A stretch of DNA of 37,461 nucleotides, taken from NCBI RefSeq assembly GCF_006345805.1, contig NW_021835933.1, positions 1-37,461 of the forward strand. Reading direction: 5' to 3'. Origin of the DNA: Octopus sinensis. Lineage: Eukaryota. Position 1 is the first letter of the stretch. Each line of letters begins with the position of its first letter. Positions 1 through 10,949 of this stretch are shown piece after piece. A program made the position numbers and the translations under genes. The notes under the pieces were generated by a model. The model did no database searches. It was not told where the DNA came from and was given only the letters and a program-made list of their open reading frames with translations.

Positions 1-130
1 TCCTAAAGAAGCTTGGACGCTTAGCCACGACACACGTGAGACCCGGTGGCTTCTCCAGTTGATCTCCGTTGCTATCGTGGGAGGCAACACAACGTCAATT
101 ATGTTGGCGGGGTCCACTTCGGATAGATGG
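1..130 (+). mobile_element. 3' remnant of a CRE-like (RLE-type) non-LTR retrotransposon
   Basis: From 35 it translates as RETRWLLQLISVAIVGGNTTSIM, the same C-terminal motif as REVSWLFQQIGIAVVRGNAHSIM in the longer element at ~7320-7400. Confidence 0.7.
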
Positions 131-659
131 CTTTGTTAACTTCTAGTAAATAACAGGTTCTCATACTATAGCAGAAAATGTAATTATATCTCATTTAACA
201 GTCGAAAGTTAAACAGCACTTAAAATTTGTAAGGTGGTTTGTTTTGTCTTGCTCAGTCTCAATACAATTGTTTTCAGGAGGTTCAGCTCAAAATGCCGAA
301 TATTCAAGATATTTATTTAACAGTTAGTTAGTCAATTACATCAAAATTACATAGTTAATTAATTACTTTACTTAATTAACTGCGATTCATTGATAAAACT
401 TAATCGATTTTATATATTTTGTCAAAATATTTTTTGATGATTTATATCAAATTTAAAATTATTTTGATTTCTACATTCCCCATTATATTTAACGATAGTT
501 CATTTTTATTATTAATTTGATTATTTTTATGATCAATAGAAAACAGTCAAATTATAGTTTAATATTATTTAAATATTACATGTTATAAAATTTATATATA
601 TACATAAATCAAAAATGGAATACCCAATTTATATTGATATCATTCGTTTTTAAAATTAA

Positions 660-2258
660 ATGATGATTTATTTCATAATCACGGTACATTAGTTTTATGC
701 AGTTGATGAAAATAGGCAATATTGTTAAAAGAAGGATCTCAAAATGGCATGCTTTAAATTCATTATTTAAAATATTTAGATAATACAAGCACATCATCCA
801 GACAAAATACTTGGAAAGGTAATTTTTATCCATGCTTTATTTCGAGGAATAACCACTACTATAGAAAATTTCCATAATTCTGAAGAGGTATAAAATTTTA
901 ATTATAAAAGAATCCTGATACTTTAGCAGAGCATCTAACCTGTAAAATTTGATTTATCATCTGATTTATTTCAGCAAGAACAATTAATAATGAAAACAAC
1001 CGAACTAAATCTAATAGTTGAATACATATTATATATTATTATTAGAAAAACTATTATTTTGCTATTATACGAACTGGGCGAAATACAGGCCAGGAGGATT
1101 CGAATTCAATGATAACGATCTCGCAAACCTCTGTACACATATAATATACGCATTTTGCAAAATTGATGCAAATAATCTCACTCTTGTTTCAAGTGATCCA
1201 AAGTCGGATTTGCCTGGAGGTAAATTTGTTGCATACATATTAGGTAAATATAACGATTATCACCGAATTACTTCTCTTAAACTTTTGAATCCTAGTTTGA
1301 AAGTCTTGCTTTCTGTTGGAGGGTTTCACAAAATGTTAAATGAATTTGCTTTTGTATCAAGCAACGAATCCAATGCAGAGAAATTTGCAAAAAATATCAA
1401 AATATTTTTAAAGAAATATAATTTTGACGGATTTGACATTAATTGGGAATATCCTTTAGATAAAAAAGAGGCATATACTCGACTGTTAAAAGCCGTGAAC
1501 AAAGAGTTTCGGAAAGACTTAACAACCTATATTTTGACCGCAGCTGTTTCAGTCGGAATGTATACGGTTCAAAAATCCTATGAGATAAAAGAAATTTCAA
1601 AGTTAAATATTCACATTTTCACAATCAGATACCTTGATTATATCAATTTGATGACTTATCACTTTTACGGAATTTCGTCAAACACTGTTGGCCATCTTAC
1701 TGGTTTATATGGAATAAGTGATGCTGATAAATTAAACATTGTATTCAGTTCAAATAAACACAAAATTTACAGGATTATGTTATTAGGTATTGGTCAAAAA
1801 ACGGTGCGCCAATTTCAAAAATGCTAATTGGATCTCCTAGCTACGGACATGGATTCAGAACTGCAACAAAAAATCCAAAACTTGGGGACAAAACCATCGA
1901 AGAATTTCCCGCAGGACCGATAACAAAAAATTCAGGAGTGCTAGCATACATTGAGGCCATCAATTCTAAGTAATTTTTAGTATTGTAAAAACAATTTTAC
2001 TGAGATGTGGGATGATAGGCAGAAGACATCATATGGAGTCAAAGATTACTATTGGTTTGGATACGAAAGTACGAGAAGTATTAAAGAAAAAGTTATTTAC
2101 TTTTTTTCACTCCGTAGGCAAAATATGTGAAAGATAAGGGACTAGCAGGAATGTTTGTGTGGACTTTGGATTATGACGACGTTAATGGAAACGAATGCAG
2201 TCAGGGAAAAAATCCCTTGATATCGCAAATGAAGGAATCCTTAACCATCGAAAAGTAG
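660..2258 (+). CDS. Secreted GH18 chitinase-like protein, 12 exons; catalytic motif variant DGFDINWE
   Basis: Exons 660-683, 716-746, 780-818, 847-887, 911-941, 975-1016, 1046-1219, 1244-1601, 1629-1740, 1773-1955, 1981-2091, 2118-2258 splice in frame (introns 23-33 nt). Protein: hydrophobic N-terminus MMIYFIITAILLKEG, N/T/S-rich spacer, then GH18 motifs FCYYTNW, LCTHIIYAF, KVLLSVGG, FDGFDINWEYP, YLDYINLMTYHF, GLAGMFVWTLDYDD; TAG stop at 2256-2258. The model needs GC donors at 747 and 1956. Confidence 0.9.
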
Positions 2259-3701
2259 AAACATATGCTAAATTATTTAGATCGGATATCACCCGTAAAA
2301 ATTTACAACAACGAATGAGTTCATTGACACTACTTCATTATTACATACTAATCAAAATAGTTTTAGAGTTCTAATAATTAACTATTGGTTCGTATGAATT
2401 TCTTGGTTATTAATAATAAAACAATTTTTTAAATTTCTTTAATAAAAACTTTTATGAAAAAACCATCAGTGAATAAAGTATGAATTCAAGATTTATGAAT
2501 GTTATTTAATAAATAAAACTTATTTTTATGTTCAATAATGTGCCTCAATCAAATTTTAAGAAAAAAATATTTGTAGATTGAATATTAAAAAATATATGAA
2601 AATGGTTTTTTACAATCTATTACTTGAGTCTTAAAAATTCAAAAATAAAAAAAGATCAAAAGATTTCCTGAGTGATCCTGAGTTCAATTCAGCCAGGTTA
2701 AAAAATTAAATTATAATTTTTTTCAAGAAAAAAATCGATTTATAGCGAATCCAATTTTTTGTCTGGCACTATGAATCCTTTCATCTCTTTTTACTTGGAC
2801 GTAACTCAGCAGAACCAATCATTTTTAATCAAATGTCCGATAATTTCTCTTTTCTGTTTTACACAATAAAATTTTTTCTTTCCCAAATTCAATAATAATC
2901 ATTTATGTCTAAAATCCTATTTTTAAGAAATGACGACATCTGCATACGAATCTTAAGTTTTTATAGTGACTAAATAGACTATTTCTGATTCAAAAATTTA
3001 TTCATCTTGCAAAATCCCTCAAAATTCCTTGAAAAGCATGTTAGATCCAATCGAAGGATTATTGACATTAAGCACAACAGCAATGCTGCCTTCAAAATTA
3101 TTTCCATACGATGAATGCTCCTTTTTTGTCTTTATTGTTACTTTATTGATTTTTTGTTTCATTTTTAATCAACCGTATTTTTGCTATCATCTGATCAGTG
3201 TTTTTATTACTTTTTAAAATTTTCACGCTGAAAAAATTACAATAGGTGTTAAGAATGACACTTTCACTATATAAATTTATACCTTTTCTTCATTCCTGTT
3301 TCCTGTCCAAAAATTATAAATACTCAAAAAATAACCCAGACCGCACAATCAATATTCAAAACATATTTGAATGCTACGGAACAAGCGTGTGCAAATCAAC
3401 AAAGTTTGTTCAAACTTCAAAAATTGTTAAACTTTGACGATTTCATATTTCAACAGAAAAAAACCTTCATTAGTTGTTCTTAATATTATAAATAAAATTA
3501 AAAGATGCGTTAGTAACGAGCTTATATCAATTTTAATTGAGTACCTTTTTGATTGAAATACTCCAGGATTTTATACTGTGTTTTTTGAGTAAAAGACTAA
3601 AATCTTTTTAATTATTTTTATTTCATAAAATCCGAAATATTATGTCGCGCCCTACGCTGGCGATTACGGTCATCTTTATAGTTGACAGTGTGACCTACAT
3701 A

Positions 3702-4654
3702 TTGTGATGGCAACTAAGTTCATGTCGTTTTTTAAATCTACATGAATTAAATAAAAAATAAGAACTAAAAACTATTTAATCAATAATGTATTCTCCATTT
3801 GTGTCAATCACTTTTTCCAGCGTTCAAAAAGTTTTTCAATACCTTCTCAGTAAAAATTTTTTGTTTTTGACTCCAAAAATCCGTCTAACCAAGCTTTTAA
3901 TTCTGCATCGTTGTTGAACAAAATCCACGCATAGCATTTGAAAGTTACCTAAAAAAGTGAAAATCTGTTGGTGCCAGATCGGGGGATTATAGCGGGTGTG
4001 GCTGTAATTCCCAGCCGTGTGTTTGAATAGCTTCCTTGGTAATTTTTGCGATATGAGGGCGGACATTGTCATGCAATAAAAGGATATTGTGTTGTCGATT
4101 AGGTCGCTTTTCTTGAATAGCCATTTTGATTGTTTCCATTTGTTGAACATAGAGTACGGCGTTCATAGTTTGGTTTTTTTCCAGCAATTCGTAATAAATA
4201 AATCCCTCCCAGTCCAACCATAAACAAAGCATCGTTTTACGTGGGTGAACATCTTGTTTCACGCTTGCTGTCCTCCTTTTATTGGGACCAAGCCATTCTT
4301 TATATTGATATACAGACACCATTTTTCATCGCTAGTAACTATTGAATAAAGAAATTGTACATTTTTCTTGTGAGTTAAGTGATGACGAGCAAGCAAGTAA
4401 AATTTTGGCTCGTTAATTTGTGTTATTATCGCTAAAACCATGGTGAACCTACACTCCACATTTTTGGACTTTTCCCATTAGGTAAAGATGCTTCTCTATA
4501 CACGTATGAAAACAATTAATCCTTTCTGCCAATTTTCTTGTTGTTTGGCGTGAATCTTCATGCAGAAGTTGGTTTAACTGTCCTTCATCAATTTAAGTTG
4601 GGCGACCAACTCAATAAATTTATAAAAACGGCATGAACTTAGTTGCCAACCCAA
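3702..4654 (-). mobile_element. Internally deleted mariner (DD34D-type) DNA transposon
   Basis: Imperfect ~30 bp TIRs (ttgtgatggcaactaagttcatgtcg at 3702; cggcatgaacttagttgccaacccaa ending 4654) with TA on both sides. Frameshifted transposase fragments carry IVTSDEKW, HPRKTMLCLWLDWEGFIYYELL, LLHDNVRPH and (Y)SPDLAPTDFH; the N-terminal HTH region is missing. Confidence 0.92.
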
Positions 4655-5322
4655 TATTTTGACATTCAAATAAAAAAACTCAACCCTCTCTATAGTGAAC
4701 ATGCCATATTTACAAGTAAGATGTAGTACAAATCCAAATTATTTTTTTAGATTTTATTTTTTAAACTCTCAATGATTTTAAAATTCTGAATTTTGGTCAC
4801 ATCTCATATCGGAACGGCTCAATCATCTTATTCTCTTCTTCCTTTTTAGTAACCACTGAAATAAAAAATGCCGTTTTTTTGCGTGCTGATCAGGTAGTTG
4901 GAAAATTACTTGAAAATTTCTTCTGCAATAGCAGTGACGCAAACTCGTTTACTATTTTAGGAGAAAAAGTATTTCTTGAGTTTTTGTATATCTTGTTTTA
5001 CTTTGCTCTGAATTTTAGGATATTCTTAAAAAGAAGAAGGAAAAATGAGTTCCACCGTTTTTAGCCAGAAGACGGAGGAACCAAAAGATTGCAATAATTT
5101 TCGGCGTTTGTTTAACAAGGCTTTTTATTAAACAATCCTAGTGCTATTATTGCAATAATTGTGAACAAGTTAAATTATAATTTTATAATATTTAAAAATT
5201 ATGTATTAAAAAATGAGAATCACAAATGGAATACCTAAATTCAATATAAATCTGTACTTGTTAATTTAATAAAATGATAATTTATTTAATATTTACGGTT
5301 ATTAGTTTTCATTATTTTTAAA

Positions 5323-7473
5323 CTCTCCGGCCGAGTCATATAAAGGACATGATTTCCCGATTGACTATGGAGACTGGAATCCGCCTGATCAAGTGTATTA
5401 CCAAGCTTGTCGAACGGATTGTCAATGCTGAGATTTCAGGCTTTGCAAGGGATCTACTTTTCTGTTCACACCTTATTGCTTTCCGAAAGAACGATGGAGG
5501 AGTCCGCCCCATTGCAGTCGGTAATGTCTTCCGGAGGCTGGCATGCAAAATTGCAGCTCGAAGAGTCTGTCCCCGTGTTGCCGCTGAATTATCTCCAGTC
5601 CAACTGGGAGTTGGTGTTTCCAACGGATGTGAAGCTGCTGTCCACGCGACAAGAGCTTTTTTTCACCTGACACAAGACATTCCCCAAATTCCTTTGCGGT
5701 GAAGCTGGATATCTCAAACGCGTTCAACAGTCTGAGAAGGGACTGTATGCTGGAATCGTGCTCGCAGCGTACCCCAGAGATCATGAGTCTGGCTCACCTT
5801 GCTTACGGGTCCGAAAGTTCGCTTGTCTTTGACAAACACATTGTCCGTTCACGGACTGGAGTCCAACAAGGTGACCCTCTTGGGCCCTTACTATTCGCTC
5901 TGTCAATCGACGAGGTGGCTCGTAATGTAAAGACACCTCTCAACCTTTGGTACCTTGACGATGCCACTATTGGTGGCCCTGTTGATGTCGTCTGGATGAG
6001 TTATATAAAATTGTTCCTGCCCTGGCAAAAATGGGGCTGATAATCAACACCAAAAAAACTGAGATCATAAATATCTCAGTCCCAATTCAAGACTTTGGCT
6101 TAGTAATGGAAAAGATTTCAGAAATCTTGCCAGACACAAAACAAACACGCCTCAACGATGTTTATTTTCTTGGGTGTCCTTCGGAGAGTCCGAAGTGCAA
6201 AACCACCTCAGAGCTAAGAGTGTCGAAATGTCCCGTTTTACTGAACGCCTCTCTCTACTCGACTCCCACACGGCCTTTTTCCTCCTCAAAAATTGCATCC
6301 ACGTGCCCAAACTGTTATATTTATTGAGATGCTCGCCCTGCTTTATACAAGATGAAATATTGCATTCTATCGATGATACGTTAAGATTGTGTGCCGAGTG
6401 GATCCTAAATGTCCGTTTCGATAATGATGGGTGGACCCAGTGTAAACTACCTCTTAATTCTGGCGGAGCTGGCCTAAGATCCGCCCTGGACCTTGCCCTC
6501 CCAGCTTTCCTGTCCTCTCACTCATCCTGCCGAAGGCTATCCTTGGAGATTCTACATAAATCCCCCGAATCTTCTTTGGACAGGCCTTTTGAAGATGGAT
6601 GTATGCTGTGGAAGGAATCAGGATTAAAATTCCCGATCCAAACATCACTCCAACAGAGCTGGGACAAATTACGCTGCGAATTCACCGCAGACAACCTGGC
6701 AATGAGGCTCGACCAGCACCGCCTCGCCTGCTTACGCTCTGCAGCTGTGCCACACAGTGGGTCATGGCTGAATGCTATGCCAATTGCTTGCCTCGGAACA
6801 TTATTAGAGGATGACTGCATGCGTATCGGTACTGCACTGAGACTCGGACTTGACATCTGCGAACAACATCGTTGTAGATGTGGAAAAATGGTTGACGTCA
6901 AAGGTGTACACCCACTCTCTTGCAGACGAAGTGCTGGCCGAGCTCCTCGGCACTCCGCTATTAACAATGTTATCTTAAGAGCTCTTGAGTCGGCGGGCTT
7001 CCCCTCGATCCTAGAGCCAGTGGGCTTAGATCGTGGAGATGGGAAAAGACCCGATGGAATGACCACTTTTCCTACTCCTGTGGAAAATCGTTGGTTTGGG
7101 ATTCAACGTGTGTTGACACCCATTCCAAAACTAATATGATCTCTTCTGCTGTTTCTCCAGGTTCTGCAGCAGATGCTGCAGAGCAAAGAAAATTGCCAAA
7201 TACGCAAATCTTGGACAACGGTACCGCTTCGTACCTATCGCTGTGGAGACTTCTGGGGTAACCGGCCCTCTTACGACTTCTTTCATCAGAGAAGTCGGAG
7301 GAAAAGTTGCTAGGCGACGTGGGGAGCCTCGAGAAGTGTCATGGTTATTCCAACAAATTGGAATAGCTGTCGTTCGCGGCAATGCACACTCCATCATGCG
7401 TGCAACCGCAAGTGCCTTTTAATCATTGACTAACATTAAAAACTATAATTAAAAAAAAAAAAAAAAAAAAAAA
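5323..7473 (+). mobile_element. 5'-truncated CRE-clade non-LTR retrotransposon (RT + CCHC knuckle + restriction-like endonuclease) with poly(A)
   Basis: Frameshifted ORFs give VRPIAVGNVFRRL, QLGVG, KLDISNAFN, GVQQGDPLGPLLF, WYLDD (RT), CRCG..H..SC (zinc knuckle) and GKRPDG (RLE). A 23-nt A tail lies at 7451-7473, and ttagttttcatta is repeated at 5302-5314 and 7490-7502 (probable TSD). Confidence 0.92.
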
Positions 7474-7610
7474 GCATAAATTAATGGCGTTAGTTTTCAT
7501 TAATTTATTGAAAATAGACAATTTTATTAAAAGAAGCCTTACAACACGGTATAGTATAAATTATATAAAAGATCGAACATGCACATCAATTGGAAATTGG
7601 AAATACTCCA

Positions 7611-7998
7611 AACCTTCCCCCCCAAAAAAAATTAAAAAAAAATTTTCTGCATTTTGGTCAAAATGAACAACTACGATGTCCTCGACTTACATGATGAGGT
7701 CCTTAAAACCTTCCCCCCCAAAAAAAATTAAAAAAAAATTTTCTGCATTTTGGTTAAAATGAACAACTACGATGTCCTCGACTTACATGATGAGGTCCTT
7801 AAAACCTTCCCTCCAAAAAAAATTAAAAAAAAATTTTCTGCATTTTGGTTAAAATGAACAACTACGATGTCCTCGACTTACATGATGAGGTCCTTAAAAC
7901 CTTCCCCCTAAAAAAAAATTAAAAAAAAAATTTCTGCATTTTGGTTAAAATGAACAACGCGAATGTCCTCGAAATTCATGATGAGGTCCATTAAAACC
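7611..7998. repeat. Tandem repeat, ~96 bp unit x4
   Basis: Unit aaccttcccc...ttctgcattttggttaaaatgaacaactacgatgtcctcgacttacatgatgaggtcctt starts at 7611, 7707, 7803 and 7898, with a partial fifth start at 7995. Confidence 0.95.
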
Positions 7999-8211
7999 TT
8001 CCAGGCAAAAATCTCACGTATTAAGAATATCCTTGATGAAAACGACAGCGAGAATATTAACAATGATGAACTCCCAATTATTTGCGATAAAGAAATTCAA
8101 TTCATCCTATGTTTTTCTCTTTAAAATTAAATGCATATATCATTATCGACCAAGAATCAAATTAAAGCTATTATCATATTTGACTTTGACAGAATGTGCA
8201 ATCACAGATTG

Positions 8212-8415
8212 CACGACTTTGAATAGAGTGTGCAATTAACAGATTTTGAAAAACCACTTTGATAGTTGAAACCACATTAGCACAATCATTAACACAATTT
8301 ACCACCAATTGACGCACGACCTTGAATAGAGTGTGCAATTAACAGATTTTGAAAAACACTTTGATAGTTGAAACCACATTAGCACAATCATTAACACAAT
8401 TTACCACCAATTGAC
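8212..8415. repeat. Tandem duplication, ~103 bp x2
   Basis: gcacgac(t/c)ttgaatagagtgtgcaattaacagattttg...tttaccaccaattgac occurs twice in tandem. Confidence 0.9.
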
Positions 8416-8459
8416 AGCGCAATCTGAAGAATTTGCGTAAAAATATTCACTATTTAGTT

Positions 8460-8692
8460 AAGTTTTTCGTAAAGATAGAATTTATTTTCGGTATGTCTCT
8501 TTTCCTAAACTTTTTTATTATTCAAAAATAATTTTTTCAATAGATAACCGAAGGAGGGAAGACGACCTTAAGAAAATAAGTTTTTCGTAAAGATAGAATT
8601 TATTTTCTGTATGCCTCTTTTTTCCTAATATTTTTTATTATTCAAAAATAATTTTTTAAATAGATAACCGAAGGAGGAAAAACGAAGCTGAA
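8460..8692. repeat. Imperfect tandem duplication, ~118 bp x2
   Basis: agtttttcgtaaagatagaatttattttc...tagataaccgaaggag occurs from ~8461 and ~8579. Confidence 0.85.
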
Positions 8693-10949
8693 GAAAAAAC
8701 GGTCAGCTTAAGGTAATTAATTAAATCTTTTTTGTGTGTCGCTTTTTTGGCTGCTGCTACTCTGCCTGCCGCATCTCCGCCAGTGGTTTGTCTAATCAAG
8801 GTCACCAAGCTAAATCTCCGGACTATAAAGGCTCTTAAGCATTATCTTAACTGGCTGTTAAAAAAATTAGACAGGTTGTTGCCGTGGTGGCAGAGATTTT
8901 TTTTGTTTATACTATTTTACAAATTTTTAAAATTTTTTTTTGTTTTTTTTATTTCTTTTGTTTTTAAATTATTTATTTTTATTTGTTTTTTTTATTTTTT
9001 TGTTATTTTCTAAAAATTCAACCGGATTGAATTTTTAAACTCCTTAGATCCCTCTGGAATGCCGAATCATCTTTTAAAGTTAAAGATTGGTGTTCCAGTG
9101 GTTTTATTACGAAATCTTGCGCCACCTAAATTATGCAACGGAACGAGGTTAGTTATCAAAAATTTGATGGCTAACGTAATAGAGGCGACGATATTAACAG
9201 GTAAGTATAGAGGTGAGGATGTTTATATTCCACCAATTCCGATAATTTCTGATGAATTACCATTTAGATTTAAAAGGCTGCAATTCCCTTTGAGGATGAG
9301 TTTTGCAATGACAATAAACAAGGCCCAGGGACAGTCATTAAAGGTAGTTGGGTTATTTTTAGAGAGTGAGTGTTTTTCACATGGACAGCTGTATGTGGGA
9401 TGCTCGAGGGTAGGCAGAAGAGAAAATTTATTCATATATGCCAAGGAAGGACGGACGACAAACATCGTTTATCAACAGGCGATAGAATAGGGTTACATTA
9501 AACCAGGTAGTTTTATACATCTACATAAACTTATAGTTGTTTGATGAAACAGGCCCTCCGCAGGAGCTAGGTCGCGGTGAGCGAAGCGAGCTGCCGAGCT
9601 AGTATTATATACGCATTCTGCAACATTGATACAGATAATCTTACTCCTATTTCAAGCGACCCTTGGTCTGATTTGCCTGGGGGTATATTTGTTAAATACA
9701 TATTAGGTAAATATAACGATTATCATCGAATCACTTCTCTTAAACTTTTGAATCCCCAATTAAAAGTCTTGCTTTCTGTTGGAGGGTATCACAGATTGTT
9801 AAATGAATTTTCACTTGTATCAAGCAGTGAAACCAATGCAGAGATATTTGCGAAAAACACAAAAAACTTTTTAAATAAATACAATTTTGACGGATTTGAC
9901 ATTGACTGGGAATACCCTCAAAATCAAAAACAGGCGTACACCCGACTGTTAAAAGCAATGAACATCGAATTTCGAAAAGGCTCAAAAACATATATGTTGA
10001 CCGCAGCTGTCTCAGCGGGAATTTCCACAATTCAGACATCATATGAAATAAAGGAAATATCCAAGTTAAACATTCTCATTCTCACAATTAGATATCTTGA
10101 TTACATCAATTTGATGACTTACGATTTCTATGGACAGTTTTCAACTACTGTTGGTCATCATGCCGGATTATATGGAATTAGTGATACCGACACATCCAAC
10201 ATTGTACTGATTTTAAATAAACTTTAATTTTACAGAATTATATTGTCAAATATTGGGCCAAACATGGTGCACCAATGTCAAAAATGCTTATTGGATTGCC
10301 CATCTACGGACAAGGATTCCAAACAGCTACTAAAAATCCAAAAATTGGGGACAGGATCATTGGTGGAACGCCTGCAGGGCCGATAACAAAACAATCAGGA
10401 ATTTTAGCATACATCGAAGTACGTTTTATTCTAATAAAAAATTAGTATTGTAAATTAGGTTATACTGAAGTGTGGGATGATAAGCAAAAGGTGTCGCATG
10501 GAGTAAAAGACTACTATTGGTTGGGATACGAAAGCATTAAAAGTGTTAAAGAAAAGGTAAATAAATTTTTTTATTTTGTAGGCAAGATATGTAAACGACA
10601 ACGGACTAGCAGGAATGTTTTTGTGGACTTTAGATTATGCCGACACTAATGGAAATCAATGTGGTCAGGGAAATGATCCCCTAGTATATGAAATGAAGAA
10701 ATCATTGAACATTATTGTGAAAAGGTTGAATCATATATTAGATAATAAAGTCACGATAGCAGCAAGAAAAAATTGGTAAAACGAATTCGTCCATTGACTC
10801 TACTATATTATTACATATTCATTAATATCGTGTTAGAGATCCTTTAATTAACTATTGGTTCGGATAATTTTTTTTGGTTACTAATAATATAATACTGTTT
10901 GTGGACATTTTTAATAACGAATTGTTACTATTTCATGTATCAAAACATG

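Larger units (their letters stand above)
7604..9602 (+). mobile_element. Helitron derivative: C-terminal PIF1-type helicase fragment and 3' hairpin-CTAG end
   Basis: 9026-9490 encodes [71 protein letters not shown] (Helitron helicase C-terminus). A GC-rich subterminal hairpin (gcgaagc core) precedes CTAG at 9599-9602, followed by T. The 5' boundary is inferred from loss of chitinase homology; no clean A|TC 5' end is visible. Confidence 0.85.
5274..10779 (+). pseudogene. Second GH18 chitinase (canonical DxDxE), disrupted by CRE and Helitron insertions
   Basis: Exon 1 5274-5297 (MIIYLIFT), exon 2 7518-7548 (TILLKEALQH) and partial exon 3 7572-~7603 match exons 1-3 of the 660-2258 gene. Coding resumes at 9603 (IIYAFCNID) and runs stop-free through exons 9603-9682, 9707-10064, 10092-10203, 10236-10418, 10446-10556, 10582-10779 with FDGFDIDWEYP and LMTYDF. 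Equivalents of exons 4-6 and the start of exon 7 (FCYYTNW) are absent. Confidence 0.85.

Noticed and set aside
2690-3480. Possible gene or piggyBac remnant
   Set aside because: All frames are interrupted, and I found no convincing motif, TIR or consistent splice model.
5349-7397. Programmed ribosomal frameshifting in the CRE ORF
   Set aside because: There are several independent shifts with no slippery-site/pseudoknot pattern; decay or indel error explains them more simply.
7611-7998. Regular ~96 bp repeats as a CRISPR-like array
   Set aside because: The units are wholly repeated with no unique spacers, and the context is eukaryotic and inside a Helitron.
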